A stretch of DNA of 64,000 nucleotides from an uncultured Verrucomicrobiae bacterium (lineage in GTDB: Bacteria > Verrucomicrobiota > Verrucomicrobiia > Chthoniobacterales > JAFAMB01), in assembly GCA_963837955.1 (NCBI GenBank), contig CAWIPH010000002.1:2560001-2624000 (forward strand), in the 5' to 3' direction. Made by a program: the position numbers and the translations under genes. Positions 41,484 to 51,131 of this stretch are shown here, one piece after another (the stretch's first letter is position 1; the number at the start of each line of letters is the position of its first letter). The notes under the pieces were generated by a model, which was not told where the DNA came from, ran no database searches, and was given only the letters and a program-made list of their open reading frames with translations.

Positions 41484-42698
41484 TTAAGGTGTTGCCTTTT
41501 TCCGGTCCGCATCGCTGCCGGAGGCGCTCGATTGTGAGCTGGTCAGCGGCATCGAAATGTCGTTCGAGCTGAATTGCGCCATCGCTCCTGGCTGCGGTTT
41601 TACCGAGCTATCGGGCCGCACCTTGATAATGCCATTGATAATGACTACATCATCCGGTTGCAGTCCCGATTTTACCACCCGCAATCCCTCAGCCAGCTGA
41701 CCTGTCGTTATATGACGTAACCGGGCGATATTCGTGGAATCTACAACATACACAAAGCTCTGATCCTGATCCGAGCCGATCGCCCGATCAGCTACCAGGA
41801 GCGCGTCGTATTTCGGGCTCGAGGCTACCCGCACCCGGACAAAGTTTCCCGGCGTCAGAAAACCATCCCTGTTTGGAAATGAGCCCCGAATGAGGAGCGT
41901 ACCGGTCGATGAGTCGAAAGCGTTATCCGAAAAATCGATGGTTCCCTCATGAGGAAACCCGGTTTCATCCTGCAACTGCAGATAGACTGGGGTCTTGCCG
42001 TCCTGAGAGCCGGCAAGTTTCCCTTCCCCTACGAGTCGCTGATAGCTCAGCGCAGCCAGTTCATCTACGCTGAAGTAAGCATAAATCGGATCGATGCTGG
42101 CTATAGTAGTGAGTTGAGTGGAGTCGGCTTTTACCAGATTGCCGATATTCACGAGTTGGCGGCTGACCCGTCCGTCGATCGGCGATGTAACGTGAGTAAA
42201 TTCAAGATTCAGCTGAGCCGAATTGCGTGCAGCTTGCGCCGAGACCACCTGCGCCGCGGCTTGGTTCTTGTTAGACAAAGCCGTATCGTAATCTTCCTTC
42301 GCGATGACTCCCGTCTCTCGCAAACGCTGTTGGCGTGCGAAGGTAGCATCCTGCAGTTGCTGATTGGCTTGCGCCTGCTGCAACTGGCCAACCGCCTGGT
42401 CGTAAGCATCCTGATACGGTCTGGGATCGATTTGAAAGAGCAAATCTCCCTTGTGGACAATATCGCCTTCCTTAAAGGGAATATCGACAATGTAACCGCT
42501 GACCCGAGGAGTTACATTCACCAGCTTGACCGCCGCAGTTCTCCCGGTGAACTCGTTCCAGTTCACGACCCTTTTCTGCTCCGGCTTACTGACCGTGACC
42601 TCCGGGGCTGGTAAGCCATGTGTTGCCGGCTGCTGGTTGTTGCAGCCTGCTAGCCAAAGAGTTAGCGCGACAACGAGGACAGGCGATACGTTTTTCAT
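41484..42698 (-). CDS. RND efflux periplasmic adaptor (membrane fusion) lipoprotein
   Basis: Lipobox LAGC; PRVSGYI, LFQIDPRPY and SPIDGRVS motifs. Confidence 0.95.
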   Translation of the reverse strand: MKNVSPVLVVALTLWLAGCNNQQPATHGLPAPEVTVSKPEQKRVVNWNEFTGRTAAVKLVNVTPRVSGYIVDIPFKEGDIVHKGDLLFQIDPRPYQDAYDQAVGQLQQAQANQQLQDATFARQQRLRETGVIAKEDYDTALSNKNQAAAQVVSAQAARNSAQLNLEFTHVTSPIDGRVSRQLVNIGNLVKADSTQLTTIASIDPIYAYFSVDELAALSYQRLVGEGKLAGSQDGKTPVYLQLQDETGFPHEGTIDFSDNAFDSSTGTLLIRGSFPNRDGFLTPGNFVRVRVASSPKYDALLVADRAIGSDQDQSFVYVVDSTNIARLRHITTGQLAEGLRVVKSGLQPDDVVIINGIIKVRPDSSVKPQPGAMAQFSSNDISMPLTSSQSSASGSDADRKKATP

Positions 42699-42936
42699 GT
42701 CACGTTTTTTTCAATGATGAGATGAAAGTTTCTTGAGAGCGCTACGCTCAATGCTGCCATTTGAGCGGGATAGGCAGCCAACCAGCTGGAGATATGGATA
42801 TCCTGGTAGACGGGAGAATTGTTAGTCGCCGCTTTGGCCTATTCTCGAGAGCAGCCAGGCAGACCGATGTGCACACGCAAGTCAAGAGCCGCTAACGACA
42901 ATCGGTAGATATTGAATACCAGTCTCGTCATCTTAT

Positions 42937-43428
42937 TTACTGTTCTGCCGGCGTGGTACGGGGCATTGGGCTGGCAGAAGGTGCCGGCGTTGCACCCGAC
43001 CGTTCCCGGGTGTCGCTGGCACGCATTGCCTCCTCCGAAACTAGACCGGAGGCTTCAGGGGTTTCGATAACCCCATACGGGTCTCTAAGCGGGCGCTTAC
43101 TGAGAAATTGGGTGAAGGTCCATAGATCTCTGGTAATTCCTCCTAAATGGATCTGCGACATGCCCGAGGCTGAGTCCTCCTGAACTAACTGAACTATGGT
43201 TCCGGAGATGAGATAGTAGGACCGAAGCTCGTCGACCATTTGGAGCTCTGTCTCATCGGTATGATGTTTCGTGATCTGGCGCAGATCTTCCTTAGAAGGA
43301 CAAGCGTAAGGGCCATCGATGACGACCCAGCGATATTCTTGGGCGGCGGGCTCATTATCATTGGCGGCTAACGCGGCGGATGTCAGGCCGAAAACGATAG
43401 CGCCGAAAACAACGTTTTTTGCGTTCAT
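42937..43428 (-). CDS. Hypothetical secreted protein
   Basis: Signal peptide ending ALA-A, Pro/Ala/Thr-rich tail; conserved motif upstream. Confidence 0.75.
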   Translation of the reverse strand: MNAKNVVFGAIVFGLTSAALAANDNEPAAQEYRWVVIDGPYACPSKEDLRQITKHHTDETELQMVDELRSYYLISGTIVQLVQEDSASGMSQIHLGGITRDLWTFTQFLSKRPLRDPYGVIETPEASGLVSEEAMRASDTRERSGATPAPSASPMPRTTPAEQ

Positions 43429-43495
43429 AAGTCAGACGAGAGACACGGGAATTGGATGATGGTCATACATCTCTTCTTAGCGCTAGTTTTAGGGA

Positions 43496-43533
43496 CCGGT
43501 CGCTTTTTGTCCCATCTGCCGTGACCGCTGTCC
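43496..43533 (-). promoter_or_regulatory. Conserved 21-bp-period motif copy (putative AraC site)
   Basis: Minus strand GGACA GCGGT CACGGC AGATG GGACA AAAAGCGACCGG. Confidence 0.7.
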
Positions 43534-43559
43534 GAAACTACTTCTGCTACACCTAAGGA

Positions 43560-43705
43560 GATGCGGTGAGCAATTGCACCCTGCGCCAGAAGTAAACCAA
43601 TGCTTCTGTTAACCGATGCGCTCGGCTAACTCGAAGATCGGAAGTTTTGCGGAGAAGCTTTTCTTGCTCGTTCCATCCGCGGACGAGCTTGGAAAGGGAC
43701 AGCCG
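43560..43705 (-). pseudogene. Degenerate 3' remnant of an AraC gene
   Basis: DNA similar to 48625-48715 (TCGAAGATCGG...TTTTGCGGAGAAGCT...CGTTCCATCCG); translates in pieces as PFQ..RMERARKLLRK.LPIFELAERIG. Confidence 0.6.
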
Positions 43706-43711
43706 GGCTGG

Positions 43712-44176
43712 TCACGCGAAAACATCCACGCCGAAAGTATCTCTGCCGTTTGTCGAAGTGCGGATGAGTCGATCGATACTTATTTCGTACTGACGCCGCC
43801 ACCGCACAGATCGCACAATCTCGACGTCGACTATCACCGCCGCTATCATGAGAGCCGGCACTCCGATCGAGGGAACGATGAATAGCCAGAACGGCAACCC
43901 GAGAGCCACAATAATCCAAACAATACAGCTGGCTACCGGAAGTAAGCGTGGCCGGCGAGTCCAAAACCAATTGGCACGGGCAAGCTCATCATTATCGGTT
44001 GGATACGTATGAAGCTCCGATTTTTCGAGTAATTGAACAGGGGATAACTGTTCATATTTCCAATGCGGATCGTCTTGGAGGTCTCGCCAGACTTCGCCTA
44101 GACATTTAGCGAAACCAAGCTTCTTCCAGAAGGAGCGGCTACGAATGCATTGGTTGTTTTTAAAAGACTCATTCAT
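43712..44176 (-). CDS. Hypothetical 2-TM membrane protein (paralogue of 61776-62090)
   Basis: WRDLQDDPHWKYEQLSPV...DELARANWFWTRRP followed by two hydrophobic helices. Confidence 0.75.
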   Translation of the reverse strand: MNESFKNNQCIRSRSFWKKLGFAKCLGEVWRDLQDDPHWKYEQLSPVQLLEKSELHTYPTDNDELARANWFWTRRPRLLPVASCIVWIIVALGLPFWLFIVPSIGVPALMIAAVIVDVEIVRSVRWRRQYEISIDRLIRTSTNGRDTFGVDVFA

Positions 44177-44292
44177 TTTCACTTCAACGAGAGATGGGCG
44201 CTCAAATAATTGGCGATTAACGAATAACTCTTTCGAATCACCCGCGAGGTCAGCCTCCGAAATGTGAATTACTAGACAACAGAAGGAGAGAC

Positions 44293-44331
44293 CCGGTCCG
44301 TTTTTTGGCCAAATTGCCGTATTTGCTGTCC
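44293..44331 (-). promoter_or_regulatory. Conserved 21-bp-period motif copy (putative AraC site)
   Basis: Minus strand GGACA GCAAA TACGGC AATTT GGCCA AAAAACGGACCGG. Confidence 0.7.
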
Positions 44332-44431
44332 GTCTGCGCCGCCCCCAGTCGCGGTCGAGAATAGAACGGAAAGACCGCGGCCAGTGCAGGATATGCCGCC
44401 CCTCGGAGGCGGGTGAACGATGCAACAGCTC

Positions 44432-44469
44432 AGACGACGAATACGGCAACTTAGACAAAAAGAAATAGG
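44432..44469 (+). promoter_or_regulatory. Conserved 21-bp-period motif copy (putative AraC site)
   Basis: AGACG ACGAA TACGGC AACTT AGACA AAAAGAAATAGG. Confidence 0.65.
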
Positions 44470-44575
44470 CCTGGCAGATAGTCGAGTTTCTTCTCACTGA
44501 CATTTTGAGTGGGCGAGAATCACCGCGGCTGCTCCGGCGAAATCCAGAATTGGACTAGGTACTATAAAAAATTTC

Positions 44576-45034
44576 ATGAAAAGAACGCGATTAGTCTTAG
44601 CCGTCATGATGCTGTTTGTTGGAAATATGCATGCTGGCACCGAAGAGCAGCAGATCGTGGATACAGTCAGCACGATATTCGCTGCCGCTCTCACCGACGA
44701 TGTTGCGAAGTTCGATTCTGTTATTGCCTCAGACTTTTACATTTTTGATGGAGGTGCCCGATTCAACGGAGACAGCGTTATGGCCTTCATCAAGGCCCAA
44801 CATGCTGCGGGCAAGCGCTACGAGTGGAACGTGACCGAACCCGACGTCCACATTAGCGGCAACACCGCTTGGATTGCCTATGTCAATAAAGGCAGCATCA
44901 CCGACGCCTCGGGTACTGCGAAACAGAATTGGCTCGAATCAGGCTTCCTCGAAAAACGGGCAGGCGACTGGAAGATCGTCTTCATGCATAGCACCCGCGT
45001 TCCCATGATACCTCCAGAGAACCATGGCAAATGA
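44576..45034 (+). CDS. Secreted NTF2-like (DUF4440/SnoaL) protein
   Basis: Signal peptide; VHISGNTAWIAY and GDWKIVFMHST motifs. Confidence 0.85.
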   Translation: MKRTRLVLAVMMLFVGNMHAGTEEQQIVDTVSTIFAAALTDDVAKFDSVIASDFYIFDGGARFNGDSVMAFIKAQHAAGKRYEWNVTEPDVHISGNTAWIAYVNKGSITDASGTAKQNWLESGFLEKRAGDWKIVFMHSTRVPMIPPENHGK

Positions 45035-45070
45035 GGCTCTGCTGCGCGACTCGGAACTCCAGTCGGTCCC

Positions 45071-45295
45071 GTCCCGGAAGGGACATTGCGATAGTAGCCC
45101 AGCAATTTATTGCTGGGTAAGTGATATCAAGGGGTGCCGTCCCGCTAGGGACGATCGAAACGTTGAGGTAATGGGTTGCAATTGTGACTTCACGAGCGCA
45201 GAGGGTGAATCGATCGTCCCTAGCGGGACGGACGCGTCTTTAATGCTATCCCAGCACTGAAGTGCTGGGCTACTTTCGCGTGTCCCTCCCGGGAC
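45071..45295. repeat. Large nested palindrome (REPIN/MITE-like), copy 1
   Basis: GTCCCGGAAGGGAC..GTAGCCCAGCA..CCGTCCCGCTAGGGACGATCGA is mirrored at the right end. Confidence 0.85.
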
Positions 45296-45565
45296 AGATC
45301 ACTTAACGTACGCGCACAGCACTCGACTTCTCATAGGCGTCAACAAGGCGGTGATGCCCACTATGAAAAACACCCGCCAAGCCGGGTTGCAGATGCTGTA
45401 AGCGAACGAGGATCCAATTTCGCAGCCTGAATCCAATGGGAGCCTCATTTCTGGCGCCACTTTCAGCGCACAACATTTGGAACACGCTTTCCCGGGGTTA
45501 AAACCCATAAGCGCTAAGTTAAGAGGTCGCGATCAGGATCGTTGTTAGCGGTTAGAGAAAGTCAA

Positions 45566-45794
45566 GTCCCATAGGGACCTCACGAAAGTAGCCCAGTACG
45601 AAGTGCTGGGTTAGCGTTCTTAAAGAGCTATCCGTCCCGTCCGGGACGATCGACCAATACCGGCAATCGCTGAGCGGCGTGCGAGACCATCAAAAGCCGA
45701 ACGTTTCGATCGTCCCTTGACGGGACGGACGTGTCTTTTTGGATCATTTCCCAGCACTTCGTACTGGGCTACTTTCACTGTGTCCCTCCGGGAC
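45566..45794. repeat. Large nested palindrome (REPIN/MITE-like), copy 2
   Basis: GAAAGTAGCCCAGTACGAAGTGCTGGG..CCGTCCCGTC.GGGACGATCGA is mirrored at the right end. Confidence 0.85.
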
Positions 45795-45976
45795 AGATCT
45801 CTTGACATACGCGCACAGCACTTGACTTCTCATAAGCGTCACCAACGCGGTGATGCCCACTATGAAAAACACCCGCCAAGCCAGGATGCAGATGCTGTAA
45901 GGCATTAGGACCCAATTTCGCAGCCTGAATCCAATGGGAGTATCTATTCGGGCGCCTTCATGCATCGCCGTCAATA

Positions 45977-45992
45977 GTATCGACATCAATAT
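45977..45992. promoter_or_regulatory. Putative MarR operator
   Basis: Imperfect palindrome GTATCGACATCAATAT upstream of the MarR gene; matches 47176-47191. Confidence 0.6.
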
Positions 45993-46029
45993 ACAGCTTA
46001 GCTCATTCTCCTGGGGGCAAGTATTTCTT

Positions 46030-46503
46030 ATGAAAAAGACCTCATCGGATGCAATTCATGTTTGGCTCGTGCTGAATAAGGCATTCCAAGCCATTACCAG
46101 ACATGCCGCCGCCGGAATTCAGCACGCCGGTTTGGGTGATTCAGACTTCCGAGTTCTGGAGGTGCTCCTCCACAAGGGTCCTCTACCCGTAAATACGATC
46201 GGGCCGAAGGTGAATCTCACCCCAGGCTCGATCAGCATCGCGGTTGACCGTCTCTATGCCAAGGGGCTGGTAAGCCGGATTGAAAGCGCCGAGGATCGTC
46301 GCATCCGGATCGTCGGACTCACCCCGAGCGGCAAGAAACTTATCGTTCCGGTTTTTCGAAAGCACGCGGCAGACATGAAGAAAATCTTCTCTCAGCTTTC
46401 CTCGGACGAGCTGCGACAACTCGAAAACATTTTGAAAAAAGTTGGCAGGCGCGCAGAAGCGCTCGGTGTCAGTGAGGGCGACGGACCGAATAACTCAAGA
46501 TAA
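46030..46503 (+). CDS. MarR family transcriptional regulator
   Basis: DFRVLEVL, ISIAVDRLYAKGLV and EDRRIRIVGLTPSG motifs. Confidence 0.93.
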   Translation: MKKTSSDAIHVWLVLNKAFQAITRHAAAGIQHAGLGDSDFRVLEVLLHKGPLPVNTIGPKVNLTPGSISIAVDRLYAKGLVSRIESAEDRRIRIVGLTPSGKKLIVPVFRKHAADMKKIFSQLSSDELRQLENILKKVGRRAEALGVSEGDGPNNSR

Positions 46504-46679
46504 CAGAAAAGATCAGCAACGCGGAGGAGCAAAGTCTCCTGGACGTCTGCGCCTCAGTGTTGAATGGAGGTTTTGATTCTCTTGCTCCTGCAAATCAGCT
46601 CATTAGAGTGAAATGGTGACTACGGTTTTCCGAATTAGTTAAGCGCGGACGCTCTCTCCTTGCCGCGCTCCTTCATCGT

Positions 46680-47121
46680 TTATGCCTCAGCTGGGGGAGT
46701 CCACCCGCCGATCTGCTGCATGAGGGACAAGAGATTACCCACACCCCAATGGTCAGTGATCTTCCCGTTATGCACGCGCATGACATCGACTGACTCGAAG
46801 TGGATCTTGCGATGGGTAGCAGCGATGCCAAGGAAAGGCCCTTCATGCTTCCCGTGATACGTCTTATAAAGTCGTCACGCATTCACCATCGGCAAGCTGC
46901 CAGTGGATTTCCGCATGGAAGTCAGGGAACGCAGCACGAATATAGCTGTAAAGCTTTCGTACACCCTCCTTGTCAGGAGTCGTGTTCGGCTGCGGTGTGT
47001 GGTCAACGAAATCATCGGCGAAAAGTTCTTCAAACACGCCGAAGTCCCCTCCGCCTTGCACTTCTTCGGTATTTCGGCGGACAACCGCTTTGGCTGCATC
47101 TGACGCTGTGATGGTGCTCAT
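46680..47121 (-). pseudogene. SnoaL-like ester cyclase with a 1-nt frameshift at ~46869 (real lesion or sequencing error)
   Basis: AAFPDFHAEIHWQ; removing one T gives TTYKTYHGKHEGPFLGIAATHRKIHF...DHWGVGNLLSLMQQIG to a stop at 46680. Confidence 0.85.
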
Positions 47122-47175
47122 TTGGCTAATCTCCCCCGAGACTGATGGATTGATCTATCTATATCGTTATCAAGC

Positions 47176-47191
47176 GTATTGATGTCAATAC
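47176..47191. promoter_or_regulatory. Putative MarR operator
   Basis: Near-perfect palindrome GTATTGATGTCAATAC upstream of the ester cyclase. Confidence 0.6.
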
Positions 47192-47236
47192 AATATCTGA
47201 ACCTGGCCGCCAGCCGACTTAGTCAACGAGGCAACG

Positions 47237-48517
47237 TCAAAGCTTCTGTGCCAGAGGTCGCCGTAGGGCAAACACCTGTTCCAAAATGTCAACAGCCTTT
47301 TCCAGTCCGTTGATATTTGCTATCACTTGCCGCATGCGATTCGCATTCTCGCGATACTCCGGATTCCGCAGCACCCTGTCGATCAGTAAAGTTAGTCGAG
47401 GAACTGTCAGTTCTTTCAATGGCACGAATGCGCCGGTTTTCGTATAGGCGATCCTCGCAGCTACACCTGGCTGATCATTGGTAACCGGAATCGCAACTAA
47501 CGGAACTCCCTGGGTTAGTGCCTCGAGTGTCGTATTTAGGCCGGCATGGGTGATACATAGGGCAGAACGGTTCAGCAAGTCGATTTGGGGGGCGTGATTT
47601 ACCACGATTGCGCTGGCCGGCAATGACTTGATCTGCCGAGGATCAAGGACCGGTCCGATAGAAAGGACTAACTGCATGCCCGCACGTTCGCCGACGGCTT
47701 GCGCAATCGTGTTGAACACATCCTCCAGACCATTCTGGGCGGTTCCCATCGAGGCGTAGATGAGCGGCTCCCCGGTTAGGCGATCCCAGGGAAAGTCCGG
47801 GTTGTTCCTACCAGAACCGTCGTGGAACGGCCCTGTGTGGTGGAACTGGGGCGGCCAATGCGAACTCGGAAAGTCGAACTCCTTTGGAGTTTGGGTTAGC
47901 CAGGCGAGCCTCGAAATACCAGCGAGCGGATCGTTGCAATCAAAATCCAGGCCCACTTCTTCGGCATAGGTGCGCCCAATCGATCTATTCCGCTCGAGCA
48001 ATTGTAAGAAGCTGCGAACAGCTTCTTTGTTTCGAGCAAACGCTTCCGGTGTTGTCTCATGTGGCCAATCAAAGGCAAAGAGCGGAGTGTGCCCGGAAAA
48101 ATCGTAGTGGAGAGAGTTCGAGACGTGAACGTACGGCATGTCCAGGTGCATTGGAACAAGCCCGAGTTCTATCTGGACCGCGTCGAGTACCAACGCCTCC
48201 ACGCCGGTTTCGCGCAACGCTTGTGGGAGACGGTCGAACTCCGTCTGCAGTATCTCAGCGATCGTGCGATGAGTGAACTCTAGTGCGTCTTGCCCTTGCA
48301 ACCTGCTCAACTGATCCATCTTCTTACGAAACGAACCAGTTGGATATTCTTTCTCGCAGTAGGCGACGAATGGCAGTTCCGCAGCGCGAACGAGAGGTGC
48401 GGCGTCAGGAGTGCCAATCGAAACGACATCGTGCCCGCGGCTCTTTAATCGGCGCGCTAGCGAGCTCATCGGATAGGCGTGTCCCGGCACTGCGGGCATT
48501 AAGAATGCAACCCTCAT
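47237..48517 (-). CDS. GT1/MGT family UDP-glycosyltransferase
   Basis: PGHAYPM, IYASMGT, APQIDLL and ITHAGLNTTLEAL..GVP...NDQP motifs. Confidence 0.93.
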   Translation of the reverse strand: MRVAFLMPAVPGHAYPMSSLARRLKSRGHDVVSIGTPDAAPLVRAAELPFVAYCEKEYPTGSFRKKMDQLSRLQGQDALEFTHRTIAEILQTEFDRLPQALRETGVEALVLDAVQIELGLVPMHLDMPYVHVSNSLHYDFSGHTPLFAFDWPHETTPEAFARNKEAVRSFLQLLERNRSIGRTYAEEVGLDFDCNDPLAGISRLAWLTQTPKEFDFPSSHWPPQFHHTGPFHDGSGRNNPDFPWDRLTGEPLIYASMGTAQNGLEDVFNTIAQAVGERAGMQLVLSIGPVLDPRQIKSLPASAIVVNHAPQIDLLNRSALCITHAGLNTTLEALTQGVPLVAIPVTNDQPGVAARIAYTKTGAFVPLKELTVPRLTLLIDRVLRNPEYRENANRMRQVIANINGLEKAVDILEQVFALRRPLAQKL

Positions 48518-48530
48518 AGTAATTCCCCGA

Positions 48531-49487
48531 TCAACATCCTGCGGACTTGCGATAGGCATCCGGACCGCATCCGGAAACGGCGTGAAATCGGACACTGAAG
48601 TGGCTCGGCTTCCGGTAACCGACGCGCTCGGCTATTTCGAAGATCGGTAATCGTGTTTTGCGGAGAAGCTGCTTCGCCCGTTCCATCCGGGTACGAGTCA
48701 CGAACTGAAAAGGGGTAACCCCGGTTGCCGTCTTGAATAAGCGCGCGAAGTGAAATTCGCTTAAGCCGGCAGCTCGAGAAATCGAACGCAGCTCAAGAGA
48801 TTCTCCGATATGATCATGGATGTAATCGATCGCCGCACGCAGTTGATCGTCGGTAAGCCGCGGTCGGCCGGAAAGCGGGTATCTGACTTCGGCATAGTTG
48901 CGGAGAATTTGCGCACACGCCGCATTCAGCAGGGTCTCGATAAAGAGGTTCGCTGCCGGATCCTTGATTCGCGGCGCAGACGTAAGAGCGGCGGTGATTT
49001 CGTGCAGGAAAGGGTCGGGTGTCGCAAATGTTGGTATAAAGTCGAGCGGACGACCGATCCCATTCGTTAACGCTAGCTCTGCCAGATAGCTAGGCTCGAA
49101 AACGAGGTAACTGAAAGACAAGACCCGGTGCGGGTCGTCCGTCACGGGACGAAGCATGATCGGCACATCAGCGGGAAGGAAAGCAATGTCGCCTTTTGCC
49201 GTGGTCTCCCGTCTGGTGCGCCCGTTCAAATTTCGATCGAATTTCATCGGCCGATCGAAATGATGGAGGCAGACGACATGCTGCTTTGGACGATGCTGCG
49301 CGATAGCGTACGCGTTTTGCCACAGATTGAGTTTCACCTGCAGATTGAATAGTTTCACCTGACCGCTCCTGAGCCGGACGCAGCTCAACAACGAAGGAGG
49401 GGGGGCGAACTCGAACTCGGGCGGGGTGCATTTAGAACCGTAGTCGATGCCGCCGATCGGATTCGGATCGATGTTTTGTGGAATCAT
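48531..49487 (-). CDS. AraC family transcriptional regulator (paralogue A)
   Basis: AGLSEFHFARLFK and IAERVGYRKPSHFS double HTH. Confidence 0.95.
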   Translation of the reverse strand: MIPQNIDPNPIGGIDYGSKCTPPEFEFAPPPSLLSCVRLRSGQVKLFNLQVKLNLWQNAYAIAQHRPKQHVVCLHHFDRPMKFDRNLNGRTRRETTAKGDIAFLPADVPIMLRPVTDDPHRVLSFSYLVFEPSYLAELALTNGIGRPLDFIPTFATPDPFLHEITAALTSAPRIKDPAANLFIETLLNAACAQILRNYAEVRYPLSGRPRLTDDQLRAAIDYIHDHIGESLELRSISRAAGLSEFHFARLFKTATGVTPFQFVTRTRMERAKQLLRKTRLPIFEIAERVGYRKPSHFSVRFHAVSGCGPDAYRKSAGC

Positions 49488-49542
49488 CTCTTCGTTTACG
49501 ACTGACTTTGGTAAGTCAATTAGAGGTCAGGATCTTGGCGAT

Positions 49543-49579
49543 CGGTCGTTTTTTGTCCGAGTGGCCGTAATCATTGTCT
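49543..49579 (-). promoter_or_regulatory. Conserved 21-bp-period motif copy (putative AraC autoregulatory site)
   Basis: Minus strand AGACA ATGAT TACGGC CACTC GGACA AAAAACGACCG. Confidence 0.72.
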
Positions 49580-49686
49580 CAACGGCGCTGGCTCGACGCG
49601 TCCCCAGAATTGCAGTAGCCTGATCAATCGCCGCAGGAGATTGGCGCGCCTTGGATTCCTGAGGCGGAGCATCAGGCTACGCGGCC

Positions 49687-50166
49687 TCACTCCTCTCCAT
49701 CGTAGTACTCCAGATCTTGGGAGCGTATATAATTCGTCTCGGGCGAGCGCACTAGCCATTTCCGACTATCTGGGTAATAGGCGGATTCGCCGATTGGATT
49801 ATCCGCGACGATAAGAAAGAGAAGGTCTTCGGTACTATTATTGATAATTTGATGTGGCTCGCCTGGTTCGAAAAGAAATGCATCGCCGGCTTCGATCTGG
49901 GTTGTTCCATCTTGGTGTCGCGCTAGACCCCTTCCGGCAATCACATGATAGAACTCCCATTGGGCGCTATGAGAATGATAAGGGCAATTGGCTTTGCCTG
50001 GAGGAATGCGGCAGATCTCGACATCAAAGGGATGGCGCTTTTTGATGTCAGTCGAAGAGGGGTCACGCCCGAGCGCCTCTGAAACGTGTGTGCCTGCACC
50101 GCAGAATTTTCCTTTCGGCGAAGCCCAGGAGCGCTCTGCTATATCCTTCGTATTAATCTTGCGCAT
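49687..50166 (-). CDS. Cupin domain protein
   Basis: PYHSHSAQWEFY, GEPHQI and YYPDS.KW motifs. Confidence 0.9.
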   Translation of the reverse strand: MRKINTKDIAERSWASPKGKFCGAGTHVSEALGRDPSSTDIKKRHPFDVEICRIPPGKANCPYHSHSAQWEFYHVIAGRGLARHQDGTTQIEAGDAFLFEPGEPHQIINNSTEDLLFLIVADNPIGESAYYPDSRKWLVRSPETNYIRSQDLEYYDGEE

Positions 50167-50704
50167 GATCTCTATTCTTCTTTCCGCTGGCCTTTGGATA
50201 AATAAGAAAACAATCCCAGGTGTCCGGCACAACGGGAATTCAAGGTGCGACGTACCGGTCCGGATACGCCCTACCGCGCCCAGGCCCCAAAAAAATTCGC
50301 GAGAGGTGTCCTGATGCCGCTGGCTCGTTCGTCGTATCTATTGAAACGAACAAACCAAGCAAACCAAATAAAGGAGAACTCGGGAATGAATATTGATTAT
50401 GGTTTCTTTCATCTTTTGACGGCACTTAGATCAATGCGAAATAGCAATAGCTTTGATCAGATTCAGGAATCGCCTTCTGCGGTTGAGCCGAAGCTGCCGG
50501 ACATTGACCATTCGCTGCTCAGGCGGACGTTTCTCCATCAGGATCGCGCGCCGCGCCGGATTTTAACTGTCAGGGATGACCTATCTGCGAACGCCGCTTG
50601 CTATCCTGTCCACGGCGTCACTGTTATACCTGGTGGCTAGACGTATGCGCTCCTTCAACTGAGCAAACGGTCGATCGAACGGTGAATCCTTACTAAAAAC
50701 CCAT

Positions 50705-51079
50705 ATGAATGCGGAGCCAACAACTTCCGAATACATGCTACTGTTTCGAGGTATGCACTGGGACAAGAGCTTGTCTCCAGAAGAAATTCAAAATGTCATG
50801 AGCCGATGGATCACGTGGTTCGATCGATTGACGCAAGAAGGTAAGGCCCGAGCCGGTCAACCACTGACGGCAGCGGGTAAGGTTGTTTCCGGAAAAGGGC
50901 GGACTGTGGTCGACGGTCCTTTCGCGGAATCGAAGGAGACCGTTGCCGGCTATATTCTGTTACAAGTGAATAGCTTCGATGAAGCAGTGGAAATAGCCAA
51001 AGAGTGCCCCGGACTTGATTACGATGTCAGCGTCGAGGTTCGACTGATAGACCAGCAGATTGGCCGCGGCATAGTATAG
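50705..51079 (+). CDS. YciI family (DGPF) protein
   Basis: VDGPFAESKETVAGY and CP...VEVR motifs. Confidence 0.92.
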   Translation: MNAEPTTSEYMLLFRGMHWDKSLSPEEIQNVMSRWITWFDRLTQEGKARAGQPLTAAGKVVSGKGRTVVDGPFAESKETVAGYILLQVNSFDEAVEIAKECPGLDYDVSVEVRLIDQQIGRGIV

Positions 51080-51131
51080 CCGGGTGAAGAGATCTCACGA
51101 TAAGGACCAGTCGTGGGGAAACGGGAGATCA

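Noticed and set aside
45504..45560. Possible IS end interrupting a REP (CCCATAAGCGCTAAGTTAAG)
   Set aside because: No partner end or transposase was found, so it cannot be supported from this window.
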